Positions 49,971 through 60,925 of a DNA stretch of 64,000 bases are shown piece after piece. This DNA is from Pseudothermotoga sp. (lineage in GTDB: Bacteria; Thermotogota; Thermotogae; Thermotogales; DSM-5069), in the NCBI GenBank assembly GCA_031962025.1, contig JAVRKW010000004.1, one strand, 5' to 3'. The position numbers and the translations under genes are program-made. How positions within the stretch are numbered: the stretch's first letter is position 1; each line of letters begins with the position of its first letter. The notes below the pieces were generated by a model that was not told where the DNA came from, made no database searches, and saw only the letters and a program-made list of their open reading frames with translations.

Positions 49971-50975
49971 TTGAAAAGCGCTTTAGTTTTTGGATACTAC
50001 GGATACGATAACCTTGGAGATGAACTGCTCTGCCAGGCAACCATTGATTTACTCAGAAAAGCTCGCTTTGACAGAGTGTATCTTCTTGTCCCAAAACACA
50101 GAATAAAAGACTACAAACAAAAATATGTTCATCCTGTCAACAGGTTTGATCCTATAAGTATTCTTAATGCCATACTGCACTCTGATTATGTGATATGCGG
50201 TGGAGGAGGCATATTTCAGGATCAAACAAGTCTGAGGAGTTTTGTTTATTATTCTTCGATAGTGATACTCTCGACACTGCTCGGTAAACCAGTGATACTG
50301 CTTGCTAACAGCATAGGTCCAATCAAGCGAAAGTTTTCAAGTAAGATCCTCAGGCACATGCTTTCTCATAGGAAGGTTTTTTTCATACCGAGGGACGGCG
50401 TCAGCGCAAGGTATGCCAGAAGGTTCAGCAAAAACGTCTACGAGGGGACAGATCTGGCTGTTATGGCGCTTGAAAAGATCCCAAATGGTTTTGAGAAAAA
50501 ACGCCAGGTGGCTTTCTGCTTGAAATCATCAATAGAGCTTTCTGAAATACTGAATTTTCTCAAATACATGGGAATTGAAAAATTCGTTCTGGCACCGCTC
50601 AGTCCGCAGGATGAAAAGCTTTCCATTGATCTTTTGAAAAAATATCCAGAACTTGAACTGTCCAATGACCCAATTGGCACCATAGCTTCTTCTTCGATGG
50701 TGATTTCTCAAAGAATGCATGGCTGTCTTATCTCGGCGTATTTTGGAGTGCCGTTCATTGCCATGAACAATTCAAAGGCAACAAGATTCATGAGAAAGTA
50801 CCTGCCCAAGTACGAAGGGTATGTCAGTGAAGAGACAGGCAGTATAATCATAGCGATCTCAAAATTGATTGAAAAGCCAATAGATATCAGAGAAAAACTG
50901 CTTTTGGATTCACAGAAAATGGAAGAAGAGTTTATGAAACTGTTAAAACTTCCCAGACATCGATTTGGTACTTGA
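49971..50975 (+). CDS. csaB: Polysaccharide pyruvyltransferase
   Basis: GYYGYDNLGDE, GGGGIFQD.TS.RS..YY, SIGP, RMHG; TTG start after GGAGAGGG. Confidence 0.82.
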   Translation: MKSALVFGYYGYDNLGDELLCQATIDLLRKARFDRVYLLVPKHRIKDYKQKYVHPVNRFDPISILNAILHSDYVICGGGGIFQDQTSLRSFVYYSSIVILSTLLGKPVILLANSIGPIKRKFSSKILRHMLSHRKVFFIPRDGVSARYARRFSKNVYEGTDLAVMALEKIPNGFEKKRQVAFCLKSSIELSEILNFLKYMGIEKFVLAPLSPQDEKLSIDLLKKYPELELSNDPIGTIASSSMVISQRMHGCLISAYFGVPFIAMNNSKATRFMRKYLPKYEGYVSEETGSIIIAISKLIEKPIDIREKLLLDSQKMEEEFMKLLKLPRHRFGT

Positions 50976-51000
50976 AAAATATAAAGCGGTATGATATCAT
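50972..51000 (+). promoter_or_regulatory. Sigma-70 promoter of the tRNA cluster
   Basis: TTGAAA-N17-TATCAT with TG extension. Confidence 0.6.
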
Positions 51001-51022
51001 CAAAATGCACTGTCGCTTGGAC

Positions 51023-51098
51023 GACCCGCTAGCTCAGCCGGAAGAGCACCTGACTTTTAATCAGGGGGTCCCGGGTTCGAGTCCCGGGCGGGTCACCA
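51023..51098 (+). tRNA. tRNA-Lys(TTT)
   Basis: GACCCGC acceptor, CCTGA-CT-TTT-AA-TCAGG, GTTCGAGT, CCA. Confidence 0.95.
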
Positions 51099-51100
51099 GA

Positions 51101-51188
51101 GCGAGAGTGGCGGAACTGGCAGACGCGCTGGACTTAGAATCCAGTGGACGATGAGTTCGTGTGGGTTCAAGTCCCACCTCTCGCACCA
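51101..51188 (+). tRNA. tRNA-Leu(TAG)
   Basis: GCGAGAG acceptor, CTGGA-CT-TAG-AA-TCCAG, variable arm, CCA. Confidence 0.95.
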
Positions 51189-51192
51189 GATT

Positions 51193-51267
51193 GCGGGCGT
51201 AGCTCAGCGGTAGAGCGTCTGCTTGCCAAGCAGAAGGTCGCGGGTTCGAAACCCGTCGCCCGCTCCA
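51193..51267 (+). tRNA. tRNA-Gly(GCC)
   Basis: GCGGGCG acceptor, CTGC-TT-GCC-AA-GCAG, GTTCGAAA, CCA. Confidence 0.95.
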
Positions 51268-51273
51268 AAAGAT

Positions 51274-51299
51274 GCCCCCCAGAGCTTGGGGGGTTTTTC
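51274..51299 (+). terminator. Intrinsic terminator after tRNAs
   Basis: CCCCCC-AGAGCTT-GGGGGG followed by TTTTT. Confidence 0.8.
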
Positions 51300-51314
51300 T
51301 TGATGAGGTGAGAA

Positions 51315-54098
51315 ATGCTCGATTTCATAAAAATCAAAGGGGCGCGTGTACACAACCTCAAAAATGTCTGTGTTCAGATCCCGAAGAATAAAATAACAGT
51401 AGTTACTGGCTTGTCTGGATCTGGAAAGTCAACTCTTGCAATGGATACGATTTATGCCGAAGGTCAGAGAAGGTACCTTGAATCACTGTCGACTTATGCA
51501 CGGCAATTTCTTGGAGAGCTGAAAAAACCGGATGTTGATTCCATTGAAGGTCTTTCTCCTGCGATTGCAATTGACCAGAAAAGCATTTCTCACAACCCCA
51601 GATCCACCGTTGGCACGACCACTGAGGTCTACGATTATTTAAGGGTTCTTTTTTCAAAAATAGGCGAGCCGCACTGCCCTTCATGCGGTAGACCCGTTGA
51701 AAAAAAAGACGTAGATCAAATCGTGAAAGATCTGTTTACAAAATTCAAACCAAAGACGAGGCTGTACATACTCTCTCCTGTGGTTACAGATAAAAAAGGT
51801 ACTTTCAAAAAGGAATTCTCCACATATCTTTCCAAAGGCTTTGTGAGAGCAGAGGTCGATGGCCAAATAGTGAGACTTGAGCAGATCGATGAACTTGACA
51901 AAAACAAAAGACACACCATAAAACTGGTGATCGACAGGCTCGAATTGAGCGAAGATGAAAGGCACAGGATCGCCGATGATATAGAAATAGCCTTTCGAGA
52001 AAGTTCCGGTTTTGTCCAGATAAGAGATGCCGATTCAAATGAAGAATTGATTTTCAGCCAGCACATGATGTGTCCCGTGTGCAACATAGGCCTTCCTGAG
52101 ATAAACCCAAAACTCTTCTCCTTCAACAACCCTTACGGGGCGTGCCCAAATTGCCACGGGCTCGGGTATAATCTTCAAATCGATCCACAACTGGTTGTTG
52201 ATGAAAGATTGAGTATTGATCAGGGTGCAATAATACCGTATCACAGCGATGGATATTATCTTTCGTATGTGAAAAGGCTGGTTCATGCGCTTGGGGGTTC
52301 TACCAGTGTGCCGTTTAAAGATTTGCCGCAACATGTTCAGGAAGCAGTCCTTTATGGATATGGAGATTTTGAAGGTATTGTCAACAATCTGGAAAGACGT
52401 TACAGAGAAACAGAGTCAGAAGATATCAAAGAATGGATTGAACGCAAATTCATCGTACAGAGAACCTGTCCTGTCTGTGGTGGTAAGAAACTCAAACCAG
52501 AAGCTCTGGCAGTCACGATAAAAGGTATGAACATAATCGATTTTACACAGATGACGATAGAGAAGGCTTACGAATTCATCTCAAACCTTCAGGCATCCTT
52601 TACAGAAAGAGAGCAGAAAATCGTTGGTGAGCTTGTGGAAGAAATTAAAAAACGTCTTCGCTTCATGCTGGATGTGGGACTGGGTTATCTGACGCTTTCA
52701 AGGACTGTGAATACCCTTTCTGGTGGAGAGGCTCAGAGAATCAGGCTTGCCACACAGATTGGTTCAGGTCTCACAGGAGTGACTTATGTGCTCGATGAAC
52801 CAACTATCGGTCTGCATCAGAGAGATAACATCAGACTGATAAATACACTGAAAAAACTGAGAGACCTTGGTAATACCGTGATCGTAGTTGAACACGACGA
52901 AGAGGTCATCAGAAATGCCGATTATATAGTAGATCTGGGACCACTTGGTGGTGAAAACGGCGGTCAGGTCGTCTATTCTGGTCCTGTGGATGGTTTGCTG
53001 AACAATCCTGATGGTTCTTTAACGGGACAGTATCTATCTGGCTTGAAAAGGATAGATTATCCCAAGGTGCGCCGAACGGGCAATGGTAAGAAGCTCAGGA
53101 TTGTCGGTGCAAAGCACAATAATTTGAAAAATATAACAATAGAAATTCCACTCGGGACATTTGTGTGTGTAACGGGTGTCTCTGGTTCGGGAAAGTCTTC
53201 ACTCATACTCGACACACTCTATCCAGCTCTTATGAATGAAATCTACAAAACAAGGTTGCCAGTTGGTGCACATGAAAAAATCGAGGGCATAGAAAACATA
53301 GACAAAGTAATAGCCATAGATCAATCACCAATAGGCAGGACACCCAGAAGCAACCCCGCGACATACACCAAAGTCTTCGACGATATTAGGGAACTCTTTG
53401 CTATGACCCCTGAGGCAAAGGCAAGGGGTTATGACAAAAGCAGATTCAGTTTCAATTTGAAAGGTGGCAGATGCGAAGCCTGTCAGGGACATGGATTTGT
53501 GAGAATTGAAATGCTTTTTTTGCCTGATGTGTATGTCGAATGCGAAGTCTGCAAAGGCAGACGGTACAACGAAGAAACACTGCAGGTGAGGTATAAAGGA
53601 AAGAATATACATGAAGTTCTGCAGATGTCTGTCGATGAGGCACTGGAGTTTTTCAGAAATGTTCCACACATTTTTCGTACTCTGAATTTGCTCTCAGAAG
53701 TGGGACTTGGTTATATAAAACTCGGTCAGCCTGCCACGACTCTTTCCGGAGGAGAATCTCAGAGAGTAAAACTCGCTTCAGAGTTGAAAAAAATTGCCAC
53801 CGGCAGAACGATTTACATACTCGACGAGCCGACGGTGGGACTGCATTTTGAAGACGTCAAGAAATTGATCGCGGTTTTGCATAGACTGGTCGACAAAGGT
53901 AATACCGTCATAGTGATCGAGCACAATTTGGATGTCATCAAAAATGCAGATTATGTGATCGATCTTGGTCCGGAAGGTGGAGACGAGGGCGGTTATCTGA
54001 TCGCATACGGAACACCAGAGCAGGTTGCAAAAGTCAGTTCTTCCCACACTGGAAGGTTTCTGAGTGAGATTCTGAAGAAAGATGAGGTGATAGGATGA
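51315..54098 (+). CDS. uvrA: Excinuclease ABC subunit A
   Basis: GARVHNLKN, two GxSGSGKS, zinc fingers, [16 protein letters not shown]. Confidence 0.98.
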   Translation: MLDFIKIKGARVHNLKNVCVQIPKNKITVVTGLSGSGKSTLAMDTIYAEGQRRYLESLSTYARQFLGELKKPDVDSIEGLSPAIAIDQKSISHNPRSTVGTTTEVYDYLRVLFSKIGEPHCPSCGRPVEKKDVDQIVKDLFTKFKPKTRLYILSPVVTDKKGTFKKEFSTYLSKGFVRAEVDGQIVRLEQIDELDKNKRHTIKLVIDRLELSEDERHRIADDIEIAFRESSGFVQIRDADSNEELIFSQHMMCPVCNIGLPEINPKLFSFNNPYGACPNCHGLGYNLQIDPQLVVDERLSIDQGAIIPYHSDGYYLSYVKRLVHALGGSTSVPFKDLPQHVQEAVLYGYGDFEGIVNNLERRYRETESEDIKEWIERKFIVQRTCPVCGGKKLKPEALAVTIKGMNIIDFTQMTIEKAYEFISNLQASFTEREQKIVGELVEEIKKRLRFMLDVGLGYLTLSRTVNTLSGGEAQRIRLATQIGSGLTGVTYVLDEPTIGLHQRDNIRLINTLKKLRDLGNTVIVVEHDEEVIRNADYIVDLGPLGGENGGQVVYSGPVDGLLNNPDGSLTGQYLSGLKRIDYPKVRRTGNGKKLRIVGAKHNNLKNITIEIPLGTFVCVTGVSGSGKSSLILDTLYPALMNEIYKTRLPVGAHEKIEGIENIDKVIAIDQSPIGRTPRSNPATYTKVFDDIRELFAMTPEAKARGYDKSRFSFNLKGGRCEACQGHGFVRIEMLFLPDVYVECEVCKGRRYNEETLQVRYKGKNIHEVLQMSVDEALEFFRNVPHIFRTLNLLSEVGLGYIKLGQPATTLSGGESQRVKLASELKKIATGRTIYILDEPTVGLHFEDVKKLIAVLHRLVDKGNTVIVIEHNLDVIKNADYVIDLGPEGGDEGGYLIAYGTPEQVAKVSSSHTGRFLSEILKKDEVIG

Positions 54099-55813
54099 GA
54101 AAATCACTCACATTTCTTTTTCTGCTCGGCTGTCTGGTGATTTTTTCTTACAATTTTTATTTTGCCAACATCCACGCACATACAGGTTTTTCAGATGGTC
54201 GGGGCACACCTGCTGAAGCTTATAGTTATGCAAAAAAATACGTCAATGTTCAGGGCTTGACAGATCATGCTTATTACTTCAGACAGACTGTTAATGGTAT
54301 GGACAAACTTTTTTTGACAAAATCAACTGCCCAGCAGATAACGGAAAATGGAAAATTCGTTGCTCTGTGGGGGTTTGAATGGACCGGTGGTGTTGGGCAC
54401 ATAAATGTTTATGGAACAGAGAAGTGGACAGATAGAAATGAATCCGATCTGAAAGCTCTTTATAAATGGATTGTTCAAAATAATGCGCTTGCTCAGTTTA
54501 ACCACCCCGGTGCGACCTACGGCAATTTTTATGATTTTGACTACGATCTTGAGGCAGATCAATACATAAATCTCATCGAAGTGGGCAACGGTAATACCTC
54601 AAACAGGACAATAACCAAGGAAATGTATTCAAATTACAAACTGGCATTGAATAAAGGATGGCATGTGGGAGCGACGGCTAATCAGGACAATCACAGAGAC
54701 AACTGGGGCTCTGCAAACGATACCAGAACTGTTATAGTCGCAGATTCGCTTACATACGAATCCATCATGGATGCTTTGAAAAACAGACGGGTATATGCCA
54801 GCGAAGATAAAACTGCAAAAGTGACTTTCAAATGCAACGGTCAGTGGATGGGCTCGATTCTAAAAGACGCAACTCAACTGGTTTTCGAGATTGAACTGCA
54901 GGATGATGAACCTTTTCTTGAAGCAACTCTGGTCTCTCAGAGTGGGGATGTGAAAAGCTGGAAGATAAATTCAAACCAGTTCAAGACACAGTACACCTGT
55001 GAACCTACCGATGGCTACGAGTGGTATTTCTTGTACGTGATTCAGAAAGACTACGATGAGATCATCACTGCTCCAATCTGGGTTCAGCACGGTGATGTTT
55101 ACGTGGTTAATCTGAGAGCAAATTCTCAAGAAAGCAAAGCTGATGTGTATTTTGATCTGATAAACAGCTCTTATGAATCCACTCAATGTGATCTTCAAAT
55201 CTATGTGTCTGATCAGGTTCAGTCTTTAAAAACTCCTGTTGATACTCGAACAAAAAAGGAAATCAAAGTTCACTTTGACAATTTAACTTCAGGAACTTAT
55301 TGTGTAACTGTCTTTCTAAATGGTCAAAAGGCGCAAACAGGTCTGATAGAGGTGAAGGCAAATTCTGTAACGATAGATCTATCACATGAGAACGCATACC
55401 AGAATTTCTGGAAATCTGTGGGAGAATATCTTGAAAAACAGGGGTTTGAGATCAAGTACAGTTCGACGTACTTCAAGAAAGTTCCAGCCACTTACTGCAT
55501 TTTTTTGGCTCTTCCAAAAAAAGATGGCTTTGCTGAGTCGATGGCTTTGAATGATTTTGAAATAGATAATCTTGTCTCTTATTATCAAAACGGCGGTAAG
55601 ATCGTCTTTGTGGCTTTATCCGATTCCACAGTGCATGAGAGCTACAACAAACTCTTGGAAAGACTTTCAACAAAAGTGAGATTTGTGCAGACAGATAGGG
55701 TTCTGTTCAAAGTGGAAGATCTACTTTTCGACAGATACATTGATAATTCAATCTTTTTCATATCATGCCAGCAGCCAGATGATTTACTCAAATTCATCGG
55801 AGGAAGGTTATGA
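54095..55813 (+). CDS. Secreted PHP-family (CehA/McbA-like) metallohydrolase
   Basis: Signal peptide; HAHT..SDG, TDH, GFEWT..GHIN, NHP, NQDNH. Confidence 0.8.
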   Translation: MRKSLTFLFLLGCLVIFSYNFYFANIHAHTGFSDGRGTPAEAYSYAKKYVNVQGLTDHAYYFRQTVNGMDKLFLTKSTAQQITENGKFVALWGFEWTGGVGHINVYGTEKWTDRNESDLKALYKWIVQNNALAQFNHPGATYGNFYDFDYDLEADQYINLIEVGNGNTSNRTITKEMYSNYKLALNKGWHVGATANQDNHRDNWGSANDTRTVIVADSLTYESIMDALKNRRVYASEDKTAKVTFKCNGQWMGSILKDATQLVFEIELQDDEPFLEATLVSQSGDVKSWKINSNQFKTQYTCEPTDGYEWYFLYVIQKDYDEIITAPIWVQHGDVYVVNLRANSQESKADVYFDLINSSYESTQCDLQIYVSDQVQSLKTPVDTRTKKEIKVHFDNLTSGTYCVTVFLNGQKAQTGLIEVKANSVTIDLSHENAYQNFWKSVGEYLEKQGFEIKYSSTYFKKVPATYCIFLALPKKDGFAESMALNDFEIDNLVSYYQNGGKIVFVALSDSTVHESYNKLLERLSTKVRFVQTDRVLFKVEDLLFDRYIDNSIFFISCQQPDDLLKFIGGRL

Positions 55814-56469
55814 GAATATTCGCACTCGACACCTCCTCAGAAAGACTGGTGCTGTGTTACGCAGACGAACAGGACATTTTAACTCTCACTTACAGAGGTG
55901 TGGAAAGACACGCAAGTAAGCTTGCACCTATTGTGAAGGACTTTCTCAACTGTGCGGGCAGACCTATTGAAAGCATAGATTATTTCGGATGCGGCGTTGG
56001 ACCAGGCAGCCTGACCGGCATCAGAATAGGACTGGCATTCATTCAGGGCATGGCTTGTTCTCTTTCTAAGTACGTCGTGCCGGTTGTTTCCTTTGAACTT
56101 GTTGCGGCTAATTTTTCTTACCACCATGGCGAGGTGGTAATTGTCAAAAAGGCAAGAGAAGATTATGTGTACTTTGCATACTACAAAAACGGTGAACAGA
56201 TAGCAGCACCAGCCGTTATGGAAATCAGCAGTGCGGTGAATTTTATAAAAAATCTAAAAGATCCCATCTTAGCCGGAGATGCAAAGCATTACTTTAAAGA
56301 CTTGGGGAAAGTATGCCCTGATGAGCTTGAAGGTATAAACGGAGAAGTTCTTGCAAAAACAGTGCTTGCCAGAGCAAGAGACAAAATGGTTATAGAGCCA
56401 AAGGAGCTTGAACCGCTGTATCTGCAAAAATCCATAGCGGAGATGAATTTCGAGAAAAAACAGTGCTGA
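55810..56469 (+). CDS. tsaB: tRNA threonylcarbamoyladenosine biosynthesis protein
   Basis: ALDTS, GPGSLTGIRIG, LEPLYL. Confidence 0.93.
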   Translation: MRIFALDTSSERLVLCYADEQDILTLTYRGVERHASKLAPIVKDFLNCAGRPIESIDYFGCGVGPGSLTGIRIGLAFIQGMACSLSKYVVPVVSFELVAANFSYHHGEVVIVKKAREDYVYFAYYKNGEQIAAPAVMEISSAVNFIKNLKDPILAGDAKHYFKDLGKVCPDELEGINGEVLAKTVLARARDKMVIEPKELEPLYLQKSIAEMNFEKKQC

Positions 56470-56472
56470 AAC

Positions 56473-58845
56473 TCATTTTCTTTTTCTTTTTATTTTTCTT
56501 TTTTCACCTTTACCTTCAGCAAGTTCCTTGGCTTTTTTAAGTGCTCTGACAACCAGATCGTTTACTGATCCACGCTGATAGGCACCTGAACGGGTTATCT
56601 TACCGGCTTTTCTGCCTGTCAGAATCTCTATGGCTTGGTCTACATGTTCAACTGCCCAGATGTGAAATAGTCCTTTTTGTATATCACTGAGAACTTCTTC
56701 TTTGAGCACCAAGTTTTTCAAATTGGCTTTTGGTATGATCACTCCCTGACTTCCCGTCAACCCTCGCAATCTGCATGCCCTGTGAAAACCTTCGACCTTC
56801 TCGGTAACTCCACCAACCGGTTGCACTTCTCCATGCTGATTCATAGAGCCAGTCACGGCTATCTGCTGATCAACAGGTACTCTGGCAATAGCACTTATGA
56901 GTGCTACAACTTCTGCCACAGATGCACTATCTCCCTCGACTATTCCATACACCTGTTCAAAGCTCAACGAAGCACTTATGGATAGTGGTACATACTGTGC
57001 ATAACGCTCACCGAAAAATCCTTCTATTGTCAGAACGGCTTTGCTGTGGACTTTGCCGCTTAAATCTGATTCTCTTTGTATGTCAACGACACCGGGTTTA
57101 CCAAGATGAACTCTTGCCGTTATTTTCACGGGAATTCCAAAGCTGTGATCTAAAAGGTCAAAAACTGTCAAGCCATTGACCTGACCTATCTTCTTTCCAG
57201 TTGTTTCAACCATTAAATCGTGCGATTTTATCTGGGCATCGTACTTGGTCTGGATCAAATTGACTCTCTCTTCCATCTGATCTATCGCTCTTTTAACATC
57301 TTCTTCGCGGACAAATTTTTCGTTGCGCTGTGAAGCTATACTGCATGACTCTCTTATCAATCCGCTTATTTCTCCAAACCGAACGGAGAGTTTTTCTCTG
57401 TCTGATGCGAGTCTTGAGGAATACCACAGTACTCTTTCGATAGCCTTTCTTTCCAGATGAGATAGTTGATATCGACAGCACGTTGATGAAATAAAACCAA
57501 GGTATTTTTTGACATTTTCTTCATTGGCATCGATTTCCCAGTCGAACTCGCTTTTTACCCTGAAGAGCTTTCTTACATCCTCATCATAGGTGTACATCAG
57601 ATAATAGAGCCTTGGAGAGGCAATCAGAAAAACTTTGATGTTCAGCGGTATTGGCTGTGGTCTGAGAGAGACTATGTTTGAAAATCCAAGTGCGCTTTCC
57701 AGGTTTTCTATACCGATCTCTTCAGAAAGCAATGCCCTTTTGAGGTACTCCCAAGCGTACGGGTTTTTCAACAAACTCTCCGCTTCGAGTATCAAAAATC
57801 CACCGTTTGCTCTGTGTAATGCACCGGCTTTTATGAATGTGAAATCGGTGAATAACATTCCACCCCTGCTGTAATACTCAACTTTTCCTGCCAGATTGGA
57901 GTAGGTTGGATTTCTTTCATACACCACCGGCGCACCCGTGGTGTTTGAGTTATCCACTATCAAATTCACCGAATATCTTTTTTTGTAAAGCTGTCTGATT
58001 TCAGATTCTTCACTTCTCAGATCGTTCAGATTGTTCAATACATCATTTTCAACATCTGTAAGGTACTGAAATACATCGTAATTCGATTCATACTGCTTGC
58101 GAATCTCATCAAAAAGTGCTCCAATCGTGAAAAGTGCGGCGTATCTGTCCAGCTCTTTGAGTTTTTCTTTGTACTCCCGGTCGAGTTTCCTTGATCTGTA
58201 CAGAGTACCTTCTATGATATGCTTGAGCTTTCTACTGTTTTCGTTGAAAGCCTGTTTTACGTCTTCGGGCAGTGAATCGAGGACTTCCTGGGTAACAGGT
58301 TTACCATCGTAGATTGGGACACTCACGACACCAGTGGGAGTTAGCTGAACCGAAAAACCAAGTTCTCTGGCTTTTTGCTGTAGATTCTCCCACAGTTGAG
58401 TCTTCTGGTTCATATAATCGTCTTCCAGTTCCGATTTCTTGGCTGCGTAATCTTCGCTTTCGAATATTTTTTCGAGTGATTCGATCACTTCTTCCGATAA
58501 TTTCTGCATATCCGATTTAAATTGTTGACCTTTTCCCGGCTCGAGTGAGATGGCTTTTGGTTCGGATGGGTTTGAAAAGTTGTAGACATATACCCAGTCT
58601 CTGGGAGTAGGCATTTTCAGGGCTTCTTTTTCAAGAAATGAGGTTACAAAACTTCTTCTGCCAGTTCCGGGTATACCAACCACAAAGACGTTGAATCCTT
58701 TTTCGTTTATCTTCAGAGCTTCTTCAACGGCTTTTTTTGCTTTTTCCTGTCCTATGAATCCTTCCACCGGTTCGAGCTCAGCGCTCGTGGAAAAATCTGG
58801 CAGGTACGGGCATTTGTAAACAAGATCCTGATAATCTACTTTCAT
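56473..58845 (-). CDS. Lon-like S16 protease, LonC type
   Basis: FIGQEKA, degenerate Walker A GIPGTGRRS, GALHRANGG, GQVNGL, catalytic EGDSAS...GGVTEKVEGF. Confidence 0.88.
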   Translation of the reverse strand: MKVDYQDLVYKCPYLPDFSTSAELEPVEGFIGQEKAKKAVEEALKINEKGFNVFVVGIPGTGRRSFVTSFLEKEALKMPTPRDWVYVYNFSNPSEPKAISLEPGKGQQFKSDMQKLSEEVIESLEKIFESEDYAAKKSELEDDYMNQKTQLWENLQQKARELGFSVQLTPTGVVSVPIYDGKPVTQEVLDSLPEDVKQAFNENSRKLKHIIEGTLYRSRKLDREYKEKLKELDRYAALFTIGALFDEIRKQYESNYDVFQYLTDVENDVLNNLNDLRSEESEIRQLYKKRYSVNLIVDNSNTTGAPVVYERNPTYSNLAGKVEYYSRGGMLFTDFTFIKAGALHRANGGFLILEAESLLKNPYAWEYLKRALLSEEIGIENLESALGFSNIVSLRPQPIPLNIKVFLIASPRLYYLMYTYDEDVRKLFRVKSEFDWEIDANEENVKKYLGFISSTCCRYQLSHLERKAIERVLWYSSRLASDREKLSVRFGEISGLIRESCSIASQRNEKFVREEDVKRAIDQMEERVNLIQTKYDAQIKSHDLMVETTGKKIGQVNGLTVFDLLDHSFGIPVKITARVHLGKPGVVDIQRESDLSGKVHSKAVLTIEGFFGERYAQYVPLSISASLSFEQVYGIVEGDSASVAEVVALISAIARVPVDQQIAVTGSMNQHGEVQPVGGVTEKVEGFHRACRLRGLTGSQGVIIPKANLKNLVLKEEVLSDIQKGLFHIWAVEHVDQAIEILTGRKAGKITRSGAYQRGSVNDLVVRALKKAKELAEGKGEKRKIKRKRK

Positions 58846-58860
58846 CTATTTTCACTCCCA

Positions 58861-59055
58861 TCAGGAACATCCACTGCAGCCCGAACAGCCTTTGGATGAA
58901 CAAGAAGAGCCAGTGGAACCTTTTATCTGAATTTTTGGCAGTTGCTTTGTCATTTTTTTGCCACATTCAGGGCACTGTGGGTCTTTGTCTTTCATGCTCA
59001 TGAGCATTTTGTACTCTTTTTTGCAGTTTTCACAGTAATAACGATAAATAGGCAC
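58861..59055 (-). CDS. FmdB-family zinc-ribbon protein
   Basis: MPIYRYYCENC...CPECG; Cys-rich tail. Confidence 0.88.
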   Translation of the reverse strand: MPIYRYYCENCKKEYKMLMSMKDKDPQCPECGKKMTKQLPKIQIKGSTGSSCSSKGCSGCSGCS

Positions 59056-59066
59056 AGTTCACCACC

Positions 59067-60863
59067 TCAATCGACTGTTATCGTCTTTGAAAGATTTCTT
59101 GGAAGATCCGGGTTTCTTCCATACTTAATCGAAAGATGATAGGCAAAAAGCTGCAGCGGTACCACAGATGCAAAAGGCGACAGATACCATGGACAATCCG
59201 GATATTCTATGATCTTTGTCGCGTTTGAGAAGATTTCTTCAGATTTGTTGCTCAGTACTATTGCGGCACCTTTTCGGCATGTCACTTCGTTTATGTGAGA
59301 GATAATTATGTTTGCCTGTGAGCTGTGTGTCACAAAAAAGACCGGATAATCCTCACTGACCGATGAAAGTGGTCCATGTTTGAATTCCGATGAAAAGATC
59401 CCTTCAATGTGATTGTACACAACTTCTTTTATTTTCAAAGCACCTTCAAGGGCGATTCCATGGGTGATACCATATCCAAGCATGTACGAGTTTGAAAAAT
59501 CCATTTGCGAATTGATCAGGTCCTGTATTTGGGCTTGGCTCATCTGCAGTGCCTTTCTGACCAGATCTGGAAGGATTTTTAAATCTCTCATATACTGATC
59601 GTCGAAGCTCATTTTAGAAGCAAGGTAATACAGAACCACGAGCTGATTCATGAAGGTTTTGGTTGCCGGAACGGAGATCTCCAGTTCGCAGCACAGCGGT
59701 ATATTCAAAAGACTTCTCATCATGACAGTCGAGCCTGTCACATTTACAATCGACAGAACAGTTGTTTTCCCTTCGATGGTATTGAGTACGTTGATTATGT
59801 CCTTTGTTTCTCCGCTCTGTGATATGAGGACGACAACATCTTCCTGACCGACGGAATCTGCGTAGTTTTCTATGAACCTTCCTGCCTGGCATGGCACTGC
59901 GACCTTTCTTGATAGTTTATTGAACAGGTAACTTCCAACCAGAGCCGCATGGTATGAACTACCCGCTCCAACCAGGAATATGTATCTTGCCTTTGCAAGA
60001 ATGTTCACATACCGCGCAAGATCCATGTCGAACTTTAGAAATTCAATCAACGCGGAGATTCTCTCTGGCTGTTCGTAGATCTCTTTTATCATGTAATGAT
60101 CGTAGTTGAGCTTCGAAGTTGCTTCGGAAGATATGTCCATTATCTGAGGTTCTCTTTGGATCAGTTTTCCTGTTTTGATGTTGCGGATGGTAAAACTGTC
60201 CCAGGTGAACTCGACATATTCACCATCCTGCAAAGGCACTATTCTTCTTGTCAAAGGAATGATCGAAGGTAGATCTGAGGAAGCACAAACAAAATCTTTT
60301 CCAATTCCTAAATACAGCGATGATCCGCGCTTGATGCAGTACATTTTGTCATCATCGGCGCGCGTGATTACACAGGCAAAATCACCTTTCAGTAATTCTG
60401 CCGCCTTTTCAATTGCTATGTTCATATCTCTGTACTGATCATAAAATTTTTCTATCGCATGAACAACTATTTCGCCGTCGTTCTCACTTCTAATTGTGTG
60501 CCCTTCTTCAGCGAAGATTTTTCTGAGTTGAACGGTATTCACGATATTACCGTTGTGAGCTCCAACCATGTCTTTGTCGCAATCATAGTGGGGCTGTGCG
60601 TTTTTCGCGGACGGTACGCCAAAAGTAGCCCATCTCAACTGAGCTATTCCTTTGAAGCCTTTCAATTCTTTAAAATTCAGTCTTTCACTTACTTCATCAA
60701 CTATTCCAACATCCTTACGAAGATCTGTCTTTCCATCCAGAGTGATTGAACAAACACCAACAGAGTCGTAGCCTCTGTAAACCAGCCTCTGTGCGGCATC
60801 GGTCAGAATTTTTCCAAGGTCTTCTCTCTGCTCTTTGTAAATGATTCCAAAAACTCCGCACAC
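59067..60863 (-). CDS. glmS: Glutamine--fructose-6-phosphate aminotransferase (divergent)
   Basis: GTG start gives MCGVFG; YRGYDS, RWAT, HNG, SQSGET, EGALKIKE, RNLSKTITVD. Confidence 0.88.
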   Translation of the reverse strand: MCGVFGIIYKEQREDLGKILTDAAQRLVYRGYDSVGVCSITLDGKTDLRKDVGIVDEVSERLNFKELKGFKGIAQLRWATFGVPSAKNAQPHYDCDKDMVGAHNGNIVNTVQLRKIFAEEGHTIRSENDGEIVVHAIEKFYDQYRDMNIAIEKAAELLKGDFACVITRADDDKMYCIKRGSSLYLGIGKDFVCASSDLPSIIPLTRRIVPLQDGEYVEFTWDSFTIRNIKTGKLIQREPQIMDISSEATSKLNYDHYMIKEIYEQPERISALIEFLKFDMDLARYVNILAKARYIFLVGAGSSYHAALVGSYLFNKLSRKVAVPCQAGRFIENYADSVGQEDVVVLISQSGETKDIINVLNTIEGKTTVLSIVNVTGSTVMMRSLLNIPLCCELEISVPATKTFMNQLVVLYYLASKMSFDDQYMRDLKILPDLVRKALQMSQAQIQDLINSQMDFSNSYMLGYGITHGIALEGALKIKEVVYNHIEGIFSSEFKHGPLSSVSEDYPVFFVTHSSQANIIISHINEVTCRKGAAIVLSNKSEEIFSNATKIIEYPDCPWYLSPFASVVPLQLFAYHLSIKYGRNPDLPRNLSKTITVD

Positions 60864-60925
60864 ATTCTTCGCCTCCCATGCCAAGATATAGTATACTGTT
60901 TTTTGGTCGTTTTTTGGAGGTGTTT

